NCBI GenBank assembly: GCA_048270185.1
Contig: JBLWTJ010000001.1
Coordinates: 384,001-448,000 of the forward strand
From: Bacteriovoracaceae bacterium
GTDB lineage: Bacteria; Bdellovibrionota; Bacteriovoracia; Bacteriovoracales; Bacteriovoracaceae
DNA: 64,000 bases
Reading direction: 5' to 3'
The translations under genes were made by a program, and so were the position numbers. Positions 51,038 through 59,771 of the stretch are shown piece after piece; position 1 is the stretch's first letter; each line of letters opens with the position of its first letter. The notes beneath the pieces are model-generated. The model ran no database searches. It was given only the letters and a program-made list of their open reading frames with translations, and was not told the origin of the DNA.

Positions 51038-52462
51038 ATGTCAGGTGACGACAAGAAAAATGACCTAACTCGAATCGAAGACTTATCTGAGTTTCTTCAC
51101 CAAGGTGATGATGACTTAGATAAGCTTCTTGCTGACCTTGACAATGAAGAGGAAGAAGCTTCTGCGCCTCAAGGCTTTGACGACGATGAAGAAGACAGCT
51201 ACGAAGACGAGGCACAGGTTGAGTTGACGTCATTTGACTATGAAACTCCAGCAGAAAGTGATGAAGGAGGTTTCGACAATAGTTCCGAAGGGGACTTTGA
51301 TGAAGACTCCGCAGAAGACTCCGAAGAAGACTTCACCAACAACTTCCCACAAGACTCACAAGGCTATGACGCAGACGAAGACCTAGACGAAGGCTTCGAA
51401 AACGATTTCGAAGGCAGTTACGAAGACAACGACGAAAATGACTTCGAAGGAAACTACGAAGACGATCCCAGCGCAGACTGGCAAGACGAAGAAGAAGATC
51501 ATCTGGTAGAACCTCTGGCAGCCCCTCTGGCAGACGACGATAACTCTTCTTTCTCATCAAATGATTTCGAGGCAGAGACAGAAGCCGAAATTGAACTTTC
51601 TCATGAACTCGATGAACAGACAAAAGACGATACTCCCCACGACTCCGGCCCAGATATTGCCGAAGAAACTGATGATAGGACATACTCTCAACCAGAACCT
51701 ACAATTACGATTAATGACAATATAAAAGAAGAGATCGTTGCTGCTAAGGCACAATCACCTTCACAACAAGACTTTAATGAAGTCAGAGATTTTGCAACGA
51801 ACTCAACTTTTGGAAAAGTTGCTATTGGCGGTAACCCTCCATTCTCACTCCTACTCCAGGGCATCAAATCGGAAGAATACGACGAGAGTATTCTTGCGGT
51901 TTTAAATGAAGTTGGATTATTGGCCGGAAACGAAGACCTCTATCGTACAAGTTTAGAAACAGGTCAGCTTCTTATTGCACAAATTGGCGAATACAGTGCA
52001 ATCTATTTAGCAGGAAAGCTTCGTCGCTATTGCCACACAATAAAAATGGGCCTAGCTCACGAAATCCACCAAAGTAGTAATTATGACCACTCTGATCAAA
52101 GAGGTCTAACAAGTGCAAGTTCGGCCACGCAAAATAAATCTCAGGCCTTTGAGAAGACAGACTTAGTCTTTAAGAAAGAAGAAATAATTCTAAGCTCATC
52201 TCACTTTATCCCAGGCTATCTTGTCACTCATAGCCTTGGTCCAATGCAGATCAATGATAAAATTGATGCCAACGAGTTTGATGATATCAGTTCAATTAAC
52301 CTCATTGATTATTTTGAAGATACAATGAGAGAAGAAGCCTTTAAAAAAGGCGCCAATGCCATCACTTCAATTCATTTCACAATTAACAAACAAGAAATGA
52401 ATGATACAAATTACATCCTAATACTCGCTCACGGTGACTACGTCACTCTACGTGAAAATTAA
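51038..52462 (+). CDS. Hypothetical protein with a long acidic low-complexity region and a possible YbjQ-like C-terminus
   Basis: About 200-aa D/E-rich segment. C-terminal IPGY...MREEAFKKGANAI..AHGD resembles YbjQ. Confidence 0.7.
   Translation: MSGDDKKNDLTRIEDLSEFLHQGDDDLDKLLADLDNEEEEASAPQGFDDDEEDSYEDEAQVELTSFDYETPAESDEGGFDNSSEGDFDEDSAEDSEEDFTNNFPQDSQGYDADEDLDEGFENDFEGSYEDNDENDFEGNYEDDPSADWQDEEEDHLVEPLAAPLADDDNSSFSSNDFEAETEAEIELSHELDEQTKDDTPHDSGPDIAEETDDRTYSQPEPTITINDNIKEEIVAAKAQSPSQQDFNEVRDFATNSTFGKVAIGGNPPFSLLLQGIKSEEYDESILAVLNEVGLLAGNEDLYRTSLETGQLLIAQIGEYSAIYLAGKLRRYCHTIKMGLAHEIHQSSNYDHSDQRGLTSASSATQNKSQAFEKTDLVFKKEEIILSSSHFIPGYLVTHSLGPMQINDKIDANEFDDISSINLIDYFEDTMREEAFKKGANAITSIHFTINKQEMNDTNYILILAHGDYVTLREN
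51398..51463 (+). repeat. Imperfect 36-nt tandem repeat encoding ENDFEG(S/N)YED
   Basis: GAAAACGATTTCGAAGGCAGTTACGAAGAC at 51398 and GAAAATGACTTCGAAGGAAACTACGAAGAC at 51434. Confidence 0.7.
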
Positions 52463-52479
52463 ACTATGGTGAAATACAA

Positions 52480-53799
52480 ATGATTAATAAGCTAAGTGAA
52501 GCTCGCGAATTTTACAGTACAATAATTATTGGCGGTGGTATCGTCGGCGCAGGTGTCTTTAGGGACCTAAGTCTACATGATATAGACACTCTCATTATTG
52601 ATAAGAAAGATTTTGCATCACAAACTAGCTCTAAGAGCTCTAAGATGTTACATGGGGGAATTCGCTACCTCGAAAACTTTGACTTTCCACTCGTTTGGGA
52701 GGCTTTACACGAAAAAAATCTTTGGCTAAAACTTGCTCCTCACTTATGCTTTGAGGAAAAATTCTATCTTCCTATTTACTCTGATTCGATTCGTCCAAAA
52801 TGGATGATTCGTATCGGGCTATTCTTATATGACCTACTCTCTAGTTTTCAAAACTCTCCATATGAAATGAAGTCAAAGAATGAAACCCTGGCAGTAAATA
52901 AAGATCTAAAAGAGCAAGATTTAAGAGGAAGTGGTGTCTACCACGATGCCATAGTTGATGATCGAAGACTTACGATTGAAGTAATCCGCGATGGAGCAAT
53001 GAATTCTAATTGTCATGCCCTAAATCACGTTGGAGTCGAAGATTATGTGTTCCTAGAGGATGGGAGCGTTAGAGTTGACTTAAAAGATGAAATTGATGGA
53101 ACTATTAAAACCGTATATTGCCACGACCTCGTCTTTGCTACTGGCCCATTTACAGACCAGCTATTAGCTAAGAGTAATCAGATCCATTGGCGTCCTCAAC
53201 TTCTTCCATCAAGAGGAAGTCATATCTGGATTGCAAAGGATCGCTTAAAGATTGATACGGCAATTCTACTAACTCCAAATGATGGACGTGTAATCTTTGT
53301 CATCCCGCAGGCCGATCGTATTCTTGTTGGAACAACTGAGGCCAAGATTGAAGGTGACTACTTTGATCTTGAGGCCACACCAGAAGAGATCACTTACCTT
53401 CTGGCCAATATCAACCAATACTTCCCAAAAGCACAGATCAAAGAAGAAGATATAATTTCGTCATTTGCAGGGATTAGACCACTTGTTAAAGACGATACAA
53501 CAGCGACTCTTGGCAAGACGGCCAGAGTGCACAAGTATTTTCAACCTTTAAGAAATTGTCATGTTCTACTTGGCGGAAAGTACACTACTTTTAGAACTAT
53601 GGCCCAAGATGTAACAAGAACTATTGTTCACAAGCATAAGAAGGCCTATATACACACAAAAGCGGCACAAGAGTTTCAATTTAAAACTCGCTTTAACCCA
53701 TTTTCTGCCAAAGAAATTACAGCGGATCAAGAAAGAGAGATCCGCCAATATGAATTTATACGAAGTGAAGATGATTTTTTAAGACGTGTTAAACGTTAG
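52480..53799 (+). CDS. glpD: FAD-dependent glycerol-3-phosphate dehydrogenase/oxidase
   Basis: IIGGGIVG, TSSKSSKMLHGGIRYL, AGIRPL and GGKYTTFR. Confidence 0.9.
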   Translation: MINKLSEAREFYSTIIIGGGIVGAGVFRDLSLHDIDTLIIDKKDFASQTSSKSSKMLHGGIRYLENFDFPLVWEALHEKNLWLKLAPHLCFEEKFYLPIYSDSIRPKWMIRIGLFLYDLLSSFQNSPYEMKSKNETLAVNKDLKEQDLRGSGVYHDAIVDDRRLTIEVIRDGAMNSNCHALNHVGVEDYVFLEDGSVRVDLKDEIDGTIKTVYCHDLVFATGPFTDQLLAKSNQIHWRPQLLPSRGSHIWIAKDRLKIDTAILLTPNDGRVIFVIPQADRILVGTTEAKIEGDYFDLEATPEEITYLLANINQYFPKAQIKEEDIISSFAGIRPLVKDDTTATLGKTARVHKYFQPLRNCHVLLGGKYTTFRTMAQDVTRTIVHKHKKAYIHTKAAQEFQFKTRFNPFSAKEITADQEREIRQYEFIRSEDDFLRRVKR

Positions 53800-53811
53800 C
53801 TTATATGCGCA

Positions 53812-54927
53812 CTAAAAACGCATATAAGCACCAGCGATGGCCCTAAATCCACTTAGACTATATGTATTATCAATTGTTGCTGATGAGCCTTCAATTGAGA
53901 ATGTAGAAGATGTCGAAAAGTAGTCACCCTTTGCATAGAATCCAAAACCTGAATCCATTGTATACTTAAGGCCACCACCAAAATTCATATAAGTTCCGGC
54001 CCCTGATAAATTCTCTAAGTTGCTTGAAGTACTATTTTCAGGCATATCGGTAAGGGATGCCATCGAAATTCCAAAACCAACTTCAACAAAAGGTATGAAT
54101 CGATTAGTTGCCATCGGGTTAGTGATATGGAAGTTTACCGCACCACCAAAATCAAGTGATGAAGTTGTCGATTCTCTTACACCATTTGCTCCACTTGAAT
54201 ATCCAATAACGGCCTTAAGAGAAAATTTTTGTAGGAAGCTTTGTGACTTTGGAAAGAGTAATTCAAACTCTCCATTAAAGCCAAGCCCACTCATTTCAGC
54301 GTTAGATTGATCTACATCTGTTTCATAGGTTCCGCTTAACATATTCAAACCAGTTGAGATATTGAGGGCCATATTCTTATCGAGAATCTTACTTGGAGTT
54401 GGACGTTTCTCGGCCTTATGATTACTTGAAAAGCTTGTCGTTTTAATTGCTTCGTATTCATCTTGTTCAACAGGAATATCACTAACAATTTTAGTTTGTT
54501 CACTTTCACGTCTACGCTCAATATCAACAGGCTCCCCCATTTGTCTGCTATCTTTTGGGTAAGTTGGGGCCAAAGACTTAGAGCGATCATTTGTCACCTT
54601 AACAGGAGAAGCAATTTTTAGGTTCGCTACTTTATCACGGTGAATTTCACTTGGTTTCACAATTCGATAAATACTCCAAACTGATCTGGAAGGAGTAGCA
54701 CGAATAACAACGGCCCTCGCGAAAACACCAGTTGTAATAAAGAATTTAGCGTGATCACCGATTGCAAGACCATCTTCTAATCCACGGTTCATAAGAATTG
54801 TCTTCTTTGTATCCGATGTTTGAAGAATTCTAAAAGTTAACTTCTCATCGATATCCAGAGCATTAGCACTAAATGTTGTCATTAGAAGTGTGATCGTTAA
54901 AATTGTTCTTAGTAAACTTCCTGTCAT
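53812..54927 (-). CDS. Outer-membrane beta-barrel protein with a small N-terminal beta domain
   Basis: Signal peptide, NRGLEDGLAIGD motif and C-terminal strands ending YMRF. Confidence 0.7.
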   Translation of the reverse strand: MTGSLLRTILTITLLMTTFSANALDIDEKLTFRILQTSDTKKTILMNRGLEDGLAIGDHAKFFITTGVFARAVVIRATPSRSVWSIYRIVKPSEIHRDKVANLKIASPVKVTNDRSKSLAPTYPKDSRQMGEPVDIERRRESEQTKIVSDIPVEQDEYEAIKTTSFSSNHKAEKRPTPSKILDKNMALNISTGLNMLSGTYETDVDQSNAEMSGLGFNGEFELLFPKSQSFLQKFSLKAVIGYSSGANGVRESTTSSLDFGGAVNFHITNPMATNRFIPFVEVGFGISMASLTDMPENSTSSNLENLSGAGTYMNFGGGLKYTMDSGFGFYAKGDYFSTSSTFSIEGSSATIDNTYSLSGFRAIAGAYMRF

Positions 54928-54936
54928 AGTAATTCC

Positions 54937-56496
54937 TTAAAAATATACACTTAAACTTGCAATAAATTTTACGTTATTTACTTTCTGATTTAACTCATAA
55001 ATCTGGTCGCCCGAAGCGACTTCGTTTAAAGGAGATAAATTTAGTAACTCATAATTTAGCTTTGCTCCTAGACCAAAACTAAATTGATTTTCCTTTTCAA
55101 AATCTCTAAAAGTAGAGATACGAGTCTTAATACCTAAGCTTAAAGATGGAAGAGCTACCGCTTCATAATCATAAGTATAGGCAGATAGGCTTGGTGAAGT
55201 GACCTCACCAGTACCTCTTTTAAACCCAAAGCCAATATAGGCCAGTAGCTTATTTCGAATATAAGGAGCATTGTAGAAGTAATAATTCACATGAGTTGAA
55301 ATATTAACAAATGTCATGCGTCCATTAATACCACCAAGATCCACATTCAAGTTAGAAGCATCAAGACCAAAGTCAACCGACCACTTACCAAGTGAATGAT
55401 GGGCCCTAATGAGATGAAACTCATAGGCAGCAGCAAGGCCATAACCAAGGTTTTGATGATTAGGATCTGAGTCTGAATAATTGGCCAATAAATTTGACAT
55501 CAGACTTAATTGAATTTCATTACCACTTTCAATTGCAAGAACATTTTCACGTCGATATTTTTCACGGGCAATCCCAGAAGCCTTTAAATAATTAGCTAAT
55601 TGTTTACTATTCATATCGGCCGAGTATAGAGGTCCTTCACGGTCAATGACGGCCTTAGTCGCTTTACTAATTTGATTCTTAGCACGTTCACGTGCAAGAG
55701 TTTTTTCCATTGTATTTGGTATCGATATATTAGAGGCAGATCCAGTTAGGCTAGGGGCCCCTGTATAGTACATTTCCTCATAGCCATCTTGAGCAGCTGA
55801 TATTTTTTCCAGTTGGGCCTGATTTTGAACTCCAATATCTTTTGATAATTCTTGTTCAGAGAGTTCACTAACATCAATTGGTTTCAATTTAGAGTTAATA
55901 TACTTGTACTTTATTCTTCCATCTTTAACGATAATCTCATTACCACTTTTAAGAATTGAATTCTCTGTAACCTCGTAACTATTTAGGTCATTATGTTCTT
56001 CTTTATAATTGAGGTCGTTTTCTGCTCCCTTTTCTTGAACAAGATCGGAAGGAACAACTCCATCAATGGCATAACGGTTATTTCTCATAACACGTTTTGA
56101 TTCATGCCCCTTAATCAAGTAGTGTGGAGTCTTTGTTTTACGCCCTTTAGCAACTATTGATCGGATTTGTAACTTGATATCTTTGCCAGTTTGGAAGTTA
56201 TTACGATTAATTTTATCGCCATTGACCTTTTTAAAATACCAGTGAGAATCACGATCAGAAACTTTTAATAACTCGATAGTTCCAAGGAATAAATAACGAG
56301 GCTTTTCAAGTTCACCATAACGAACGGAAACATCGGCGATGTCACCAGGCTTTAGTCCTGCAAGCTTACCAATATCAAGCTTTATTGTTCGGCCTGACTG
56401 ACTTAGTGCAAGAACTTTTGCATCTTGCATAGACCAAGTCTTCAGTGAAATCAGGGCCATTAAAAGTAACATCACAAATTGTTTATATTTATCCAT
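54937..56496 (-). CDS. Outer-membrane beta-barrel protein, paralogous N-terminal domain
   Basis: Signal peptide from ATG 56496, DIGKLAGLKPGD motif and C-terminus LSVYF. Confidence 0.7.
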   Translation of the reverse strand: MDKYKQFVMLLLMALISLKTWSMQDAKVLALSQSGRTIKLDIGKLAGLKPGDIADVSVRYGELEKPRYLFLGTIELLKVSDRDSHWYFKKVNGDKINRNNFQTGKDIKLQIRSIVAKGRKTKTPHYLIKGHESKRVMRNNRYAIDGVVPSDLVQEKGAENDLNYKEEHNDLNSYEVTENSILKSGNEIIVKDGRIKYKYINSKLKPIDVSELSEQELSKDIGVQNQAQLEKISAAQDGYEEMYYTGAPSLTGSASNISIPNTMEKTLARERAKNQISKATKAVIDREGPLYSADMNSKQLANYLKASGIAREKYRRENVLAIESGNEIQLSLMSNLLANYSDSDPNHQNLGYGLAAAYEFHLIRAHHSLGKWSVDFGLDASNLNVDLGGINGRMTFVNISTHVNYYFYNAPYIRNKLLAYIGFGFKRGTGEVTSPSLSAYTYDYEAVALPSLSLGIKTRISTFRDFEKENQFSFGLGAKLNYELLNLSPLNEVASGDQIYELNQKVNNVKFIASLSVYF

Positions 56497-56598
56497 ATAA
56501 TTAATTATAACGAATGGAAGTATTTGAAACAATATGGTAGAGTATGTATATTTTTATTAAAATTTGCCACGGTGCACCATGAGTGAACGGAGGAAAAA

Positions 56599-56784
56599 AT
56601 GGCCAAAAGAAAGAAGAATATCCAGATTTTTCGATATGAATGTCAAATGACTGGCGAAACATACAAGACGACTAAGAAAGCAAAAAATCCTGACGATCTT
56701 GTTTCAGTAAATGCATACTACGATATGCACCCAGAAGAAGATGATCGTCCTGAAGATATCAAGAAAGAATTAGGGATTGAATAA
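56599..56784 (+). CDS. Small hypothetical protein
   Basis: Strong RBS GGAGG, directly upstream of trxB. Confidence 0.75.
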   Translation: MAKRKKNIQIFRYECQMTGETYKTTKKAKNPDDLVSVNAYYDMHPEEDDRPEDIKKELGIE

Positions 56785-56815
56785 TATCTAAATTTAAGTA
56801 AAAACGGAGTTTTAA

Positions 56816-57745
56816 ATGGCACATCATAAAGTCATTATCATTGGATCAGGTCCTGCTGGTTATACAGCAGCTCTATATGCTTCACGCGCAAATCTATCTC
56901 CACTGGTTATCGAAGGACATGAACCAGGGGGACAATTAACAACAACGACAGATGTTGATAACTTTCCGGGATTTCCCGAAGGTATTATGGGGCCAGAACT
57001 TATGGCCAACATGAAAAAACAAACACAGAGATTTGGGACTGAATACCTGAGCGGTTTCGTCACAGATATCGACACATCTAAGAGACCTTTCACTCTAACT
57101 ATTGACGGTGAGAAAACTTACACAGCGGATGCCGTTATCCTAGCAACAGGAGCATCTGCGAAGTATCTTGGTCTCCCAAACGAGAAAGAGCTAATTGGTA
57201 AAGGTGTTAGTGCATGTGCAACTTGTGATGGATTCTTCTATCGCGACCGAGTTGTCCACGTTGTTGGTGGTGGTGATACGGCAATGGAAGAAGCAACTTT
57301 CCTAACTAAATTTGCTTCAAAAGTATATGTCGTTCACAGAAGAAGTGAGCTAAGAGCTTCAAAGCCAATGCAAGAAAGAGCTTTCGCAAATGAGAAAATT
57401 GAATTCGTATGGGATAGCGCTGTTACTGAAATTATTGCGGATGCAACAGGTGTAACTTCAATTAAAGTTGAGAACTTAAAAACTGGAGAAGTTACTGAGC
57501 GTGCCACAGACGGCCTATTTATGGGGATCGGTCACAAACCAAATACAGACTTCTTAAAAGGTAAAATTAACCTTGATGATCATGGATTCATTATCACAGA
57601 AGGTAAGCACCCAGATACAAATGTACCAGGAATTTACGCTTGCGGTGATGTTCAAGATTCATACTATCGTCAAGCAATCTCTGCAGCTGGTTCAGGTTGC
57701 CAAGCGGCCATTCGCGCAGAAAGATTCTTAGAAGAAAACGAGTAA
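56816..57745 (+). CDS. trxB: Thioredoxin-disulfide reductase
   Basis: GSGPAG, CATCDG, GGGDTAMEEA and HRR. Confidence 0.98.
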   Translation: MAHHKVIIIGSGPAGYTAALYASRANLSPLVIEGHEPGGQLTTTTDVDNFPGFPEGIMGPELMANMKKQTQRFGTEYLSGFVTDIDTSKRPFTLTIDGEKTYTADAVILATGASAKYLGLPNEKELIGKGVSACATCDGFFYRDRVVHVVGGGDTAMEEATFLTKFASKVYVVHRRSELRASKPMQERAFANEKIEFVWDSAVTEIIADATGVTSIKVENLKTGEVTERATDGLFMGIGHKPNTDFLKGKINLDDHGFIITEGKHPDTNVPGIYACGDVQDSYYRQAISAAGSGCQAAIRAERFLEENE

Positions 57746-57753
57746 GATATTTT

Positions 57754-57781
57754 TGTGGCCTAGGTAAGAACTTAGGCCACA
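57754..57781. terminator. Hairpin between convergent genes
   Basis: TGTGGCCTAGGT-AAGA-ACTTAGGCCACA. Confidence 0.65.
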
Positions 57782-59667
57782 TCTTCATTCAAGTAAAGTT
57801 CAACTCTATCCACCGTTGCATCAAAAAGACTTTTCACAACCTTACTACCATTTGCCAGTCTTTTAACAATCTCATCGTAATCAATTAAAGCATCACTTGC
57901 CACAGACTTAAGGCCTACGGCACCGTCTTTTAATTGCTTGGCCACATAGAAGTATAAGTATAGATCAGCACATTGCTGCTTAGATAAATCATGTTGCTCA
58001 AATGCCCGAATATTTAAATCGTTAGCATCAAGAGATATTTGAGGCTGGCTATCAATTTCGAAAAGAGGAGCGATTTCACTAGTTCTAATATGGAGGTTAC
58101 CACTGCCCTTATTAAAGATCATAAGTCTAGCGATGCAGGCCTTAAGTTCTGAAATATTCCCTGGCCAATCGTAGTCCAAAAGAATCTCTTGGACTTGATT
58201 TGAAATGCGCTTCTTTGCCGTATGATTCTTTAAGCTGTATTGGGTAATAAAGAAATTTGCAAAGTACAGGATATCTTCTTTTCGATCTTTAAGCGGTACT
58301 GTTTTAAATGACGAAATATTAAAATCTTCTAAGAATTGATTTCCAGTAAGTAAAACACGGTAGCTACCATTATCCACAAGATGATTAAGAACATACTTAG
58401 CAACAGAGCGACTTAATTTATCAAAGCCTTTAATAACCAAATGGCCACCGACTAACTTATCACGAATTTTCTCAATTTGTGCCTCAAGATCAACTTTAGT
58501 CATTTTCTCAGTAGCATTAATAATTTCAACACGTGTATTCTTTGTATTAGAAAAATGAGCTATTTTCTCACAAAGATGATACTTACCGCTTCCCTCGTCA
58601 CCATAGATATAGACTGGGCCTGTCTTTTTAGCGCCTGAATGTTGAGCGATGAAATTCTGGGCCTGTGTCGCAAAAAGACTTACCCCTAAAGGAGTACTAG
58701 CTCTGCCCTGAGCATCTAAGAACTCATCTTCATAATCGATTTCATCATCTTTATTATAAAAATATAGAAGGCCAATTACACGGGCCAAGAACATTGCCTG
58801 CTTCAAATCATTTTCAGTGAATAACTCTCCCTTCTCTTTATTTGAAAAGTTTAAAATCCCAAAAATATTCTCATTCTGATCAAAGATCGGACACATCATA
58901 TAAGTTGAAATTGTCGTATTATTGACAACCTCATACATATTAAAGAATTCATCACTTGAAAGGCTTTGGGAAAATTTTGATTTAATTCCACGAGGATTAT
59001 TATAAAGCTGCTCTAAGATTCCAACTATTGGATATTCAATATCGTGTAACTCATTCTTTTGAAAATCAAATTCACTAAAGGTATGCTCGTCATGACCCAC
59101 GATAAACGCTCTCGCATCACGGGCCCTTACAACCCTTTGAACCTCAATAATAAAGAGCTTGATAAGCTCTATTTTATTTTCAAAGTTTTTAAAAATATGA
59201 AACAAATCTAAAATCATTGAAGTAGATACTTCATCTTCGCTATCAACTTTCGTACTATCATCAAAATTTCCGGCAACTGCTTCATTTAAAACCATATCAT
59301 ACATAAGGTCTCTAAGTCTTAAACGACTCATCGAGGAAACTAAATCAGACATCAACTTCATAATACTTTCAACTTGGTAGTCAACAAACTCAAGTCCTAA
59401 GTAATTATCAGCATTATTGTTTATATTTGGACGATAACGACGAAGTCTTACCGTTTGCATGAGGCGATTCTTCTTAAAGCGAATCTCAATCTTAAAAATT
59501 TGACTATCAACATACTCACCGATTAAAACCCCGATTCCTGTCGTGGAAATATTATCAATGATCACATTAAATGAATTAGACGTCGAATCTCCTACCATTT
59601 CATAGAGGATACATTCAATATCATCACTTTCTCTAAGCTTTATGCGATAATTTCTTAATTTCTTCAA
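57772..59667 (-). CDS. PilZ-like + GAF + degenerate sigma54-activator-type AAA+ protein
   Basis: DNISTTG (PilZ-like), MMCPI..IFGILNFSNK..FTENDL (GAF), GDEGSGK, PLKDRKEDI and YDWPGNISEL. No GAFTGA. Confidence 0.75.
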   Translation of the reverse strand: MKKLRNYRIKLRESDDIECILYEMVGDSTSNSFNVIIDNISTTGIGVLIGEYVDSQIFKIEIRFKKNRLMQTVRLRRYRPNINNNADNYLGLEFVDYQVESIMKLMSDLVSSMSRLRLRDLMYDMVLNEAVAGNFDDSTKVDSEDEVSTSMILDLFHIFKNFENKIELIKLFIIEVQRVVRARDARAFIVGHDEHTFSEFDFQKNELHDIEYPIVGILEQLYNNPRGIKSKFSQSLSSDEFFNMYEVVNNTTISTYMMCPIFDQNENIFGILNFSNKEKGELFTENDLKQAMFLARVIGLLYFYNKDDEIDYEDEFLDAQGRASTPLGVSLFATQAQNFIAQHSGAKKTGPVYIYGDEGSGKYHLCEKIAHFSNTKNTRVEIINATEKMTKVDLEAQIEKIRDKLVGGHLVIKGFDKLSRSVAKYVLNHLVDNGSYRVLLTGNQFLEDFNISSFKTVPLKDRKEDILYFANFFITQYSLKNHTAKKRISNQVQEILLDYDWPGNISELKACIARLMIFNKGSGNLHIRTSEIAPLFEIDSQPQISLDANDLNIRAFEQHDLSKQQCADLYLYFYVAKQLKDGAVGLKSVASDALIDYDEIVKRLANGSKVVKSLFDATVDRVELYLNEDVA

Positions 59668-59695
59668 AATAATAACCCTTAGTGTTTATAAAGAC

Positions 59696-59763
59696 TTATC
59701 GACTAGTAAAAAAGCGAACTTTAACTAACAATTGTATAAAAAAATCAAAGAATAGTCCGATGA
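59696..59763. promoter_or_regulatory. Back-to-back sigma28-type promoters
   Basis: Minus strand: TAAA(59723-20)-N16-GTCGATAA(59703-696). Plus strand: TAAA(59737-40)-N15-TCCGATGA(59756-63). Confidence 0.6.
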
Positions 59764-59771
59764 GCCAAATA

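Noticed and set aside
51300..51470. Repeats as a CRISPR array or mobile element
   Set aside because: They are in-frame degenerate coding repeats with no spacers and no cas genes.
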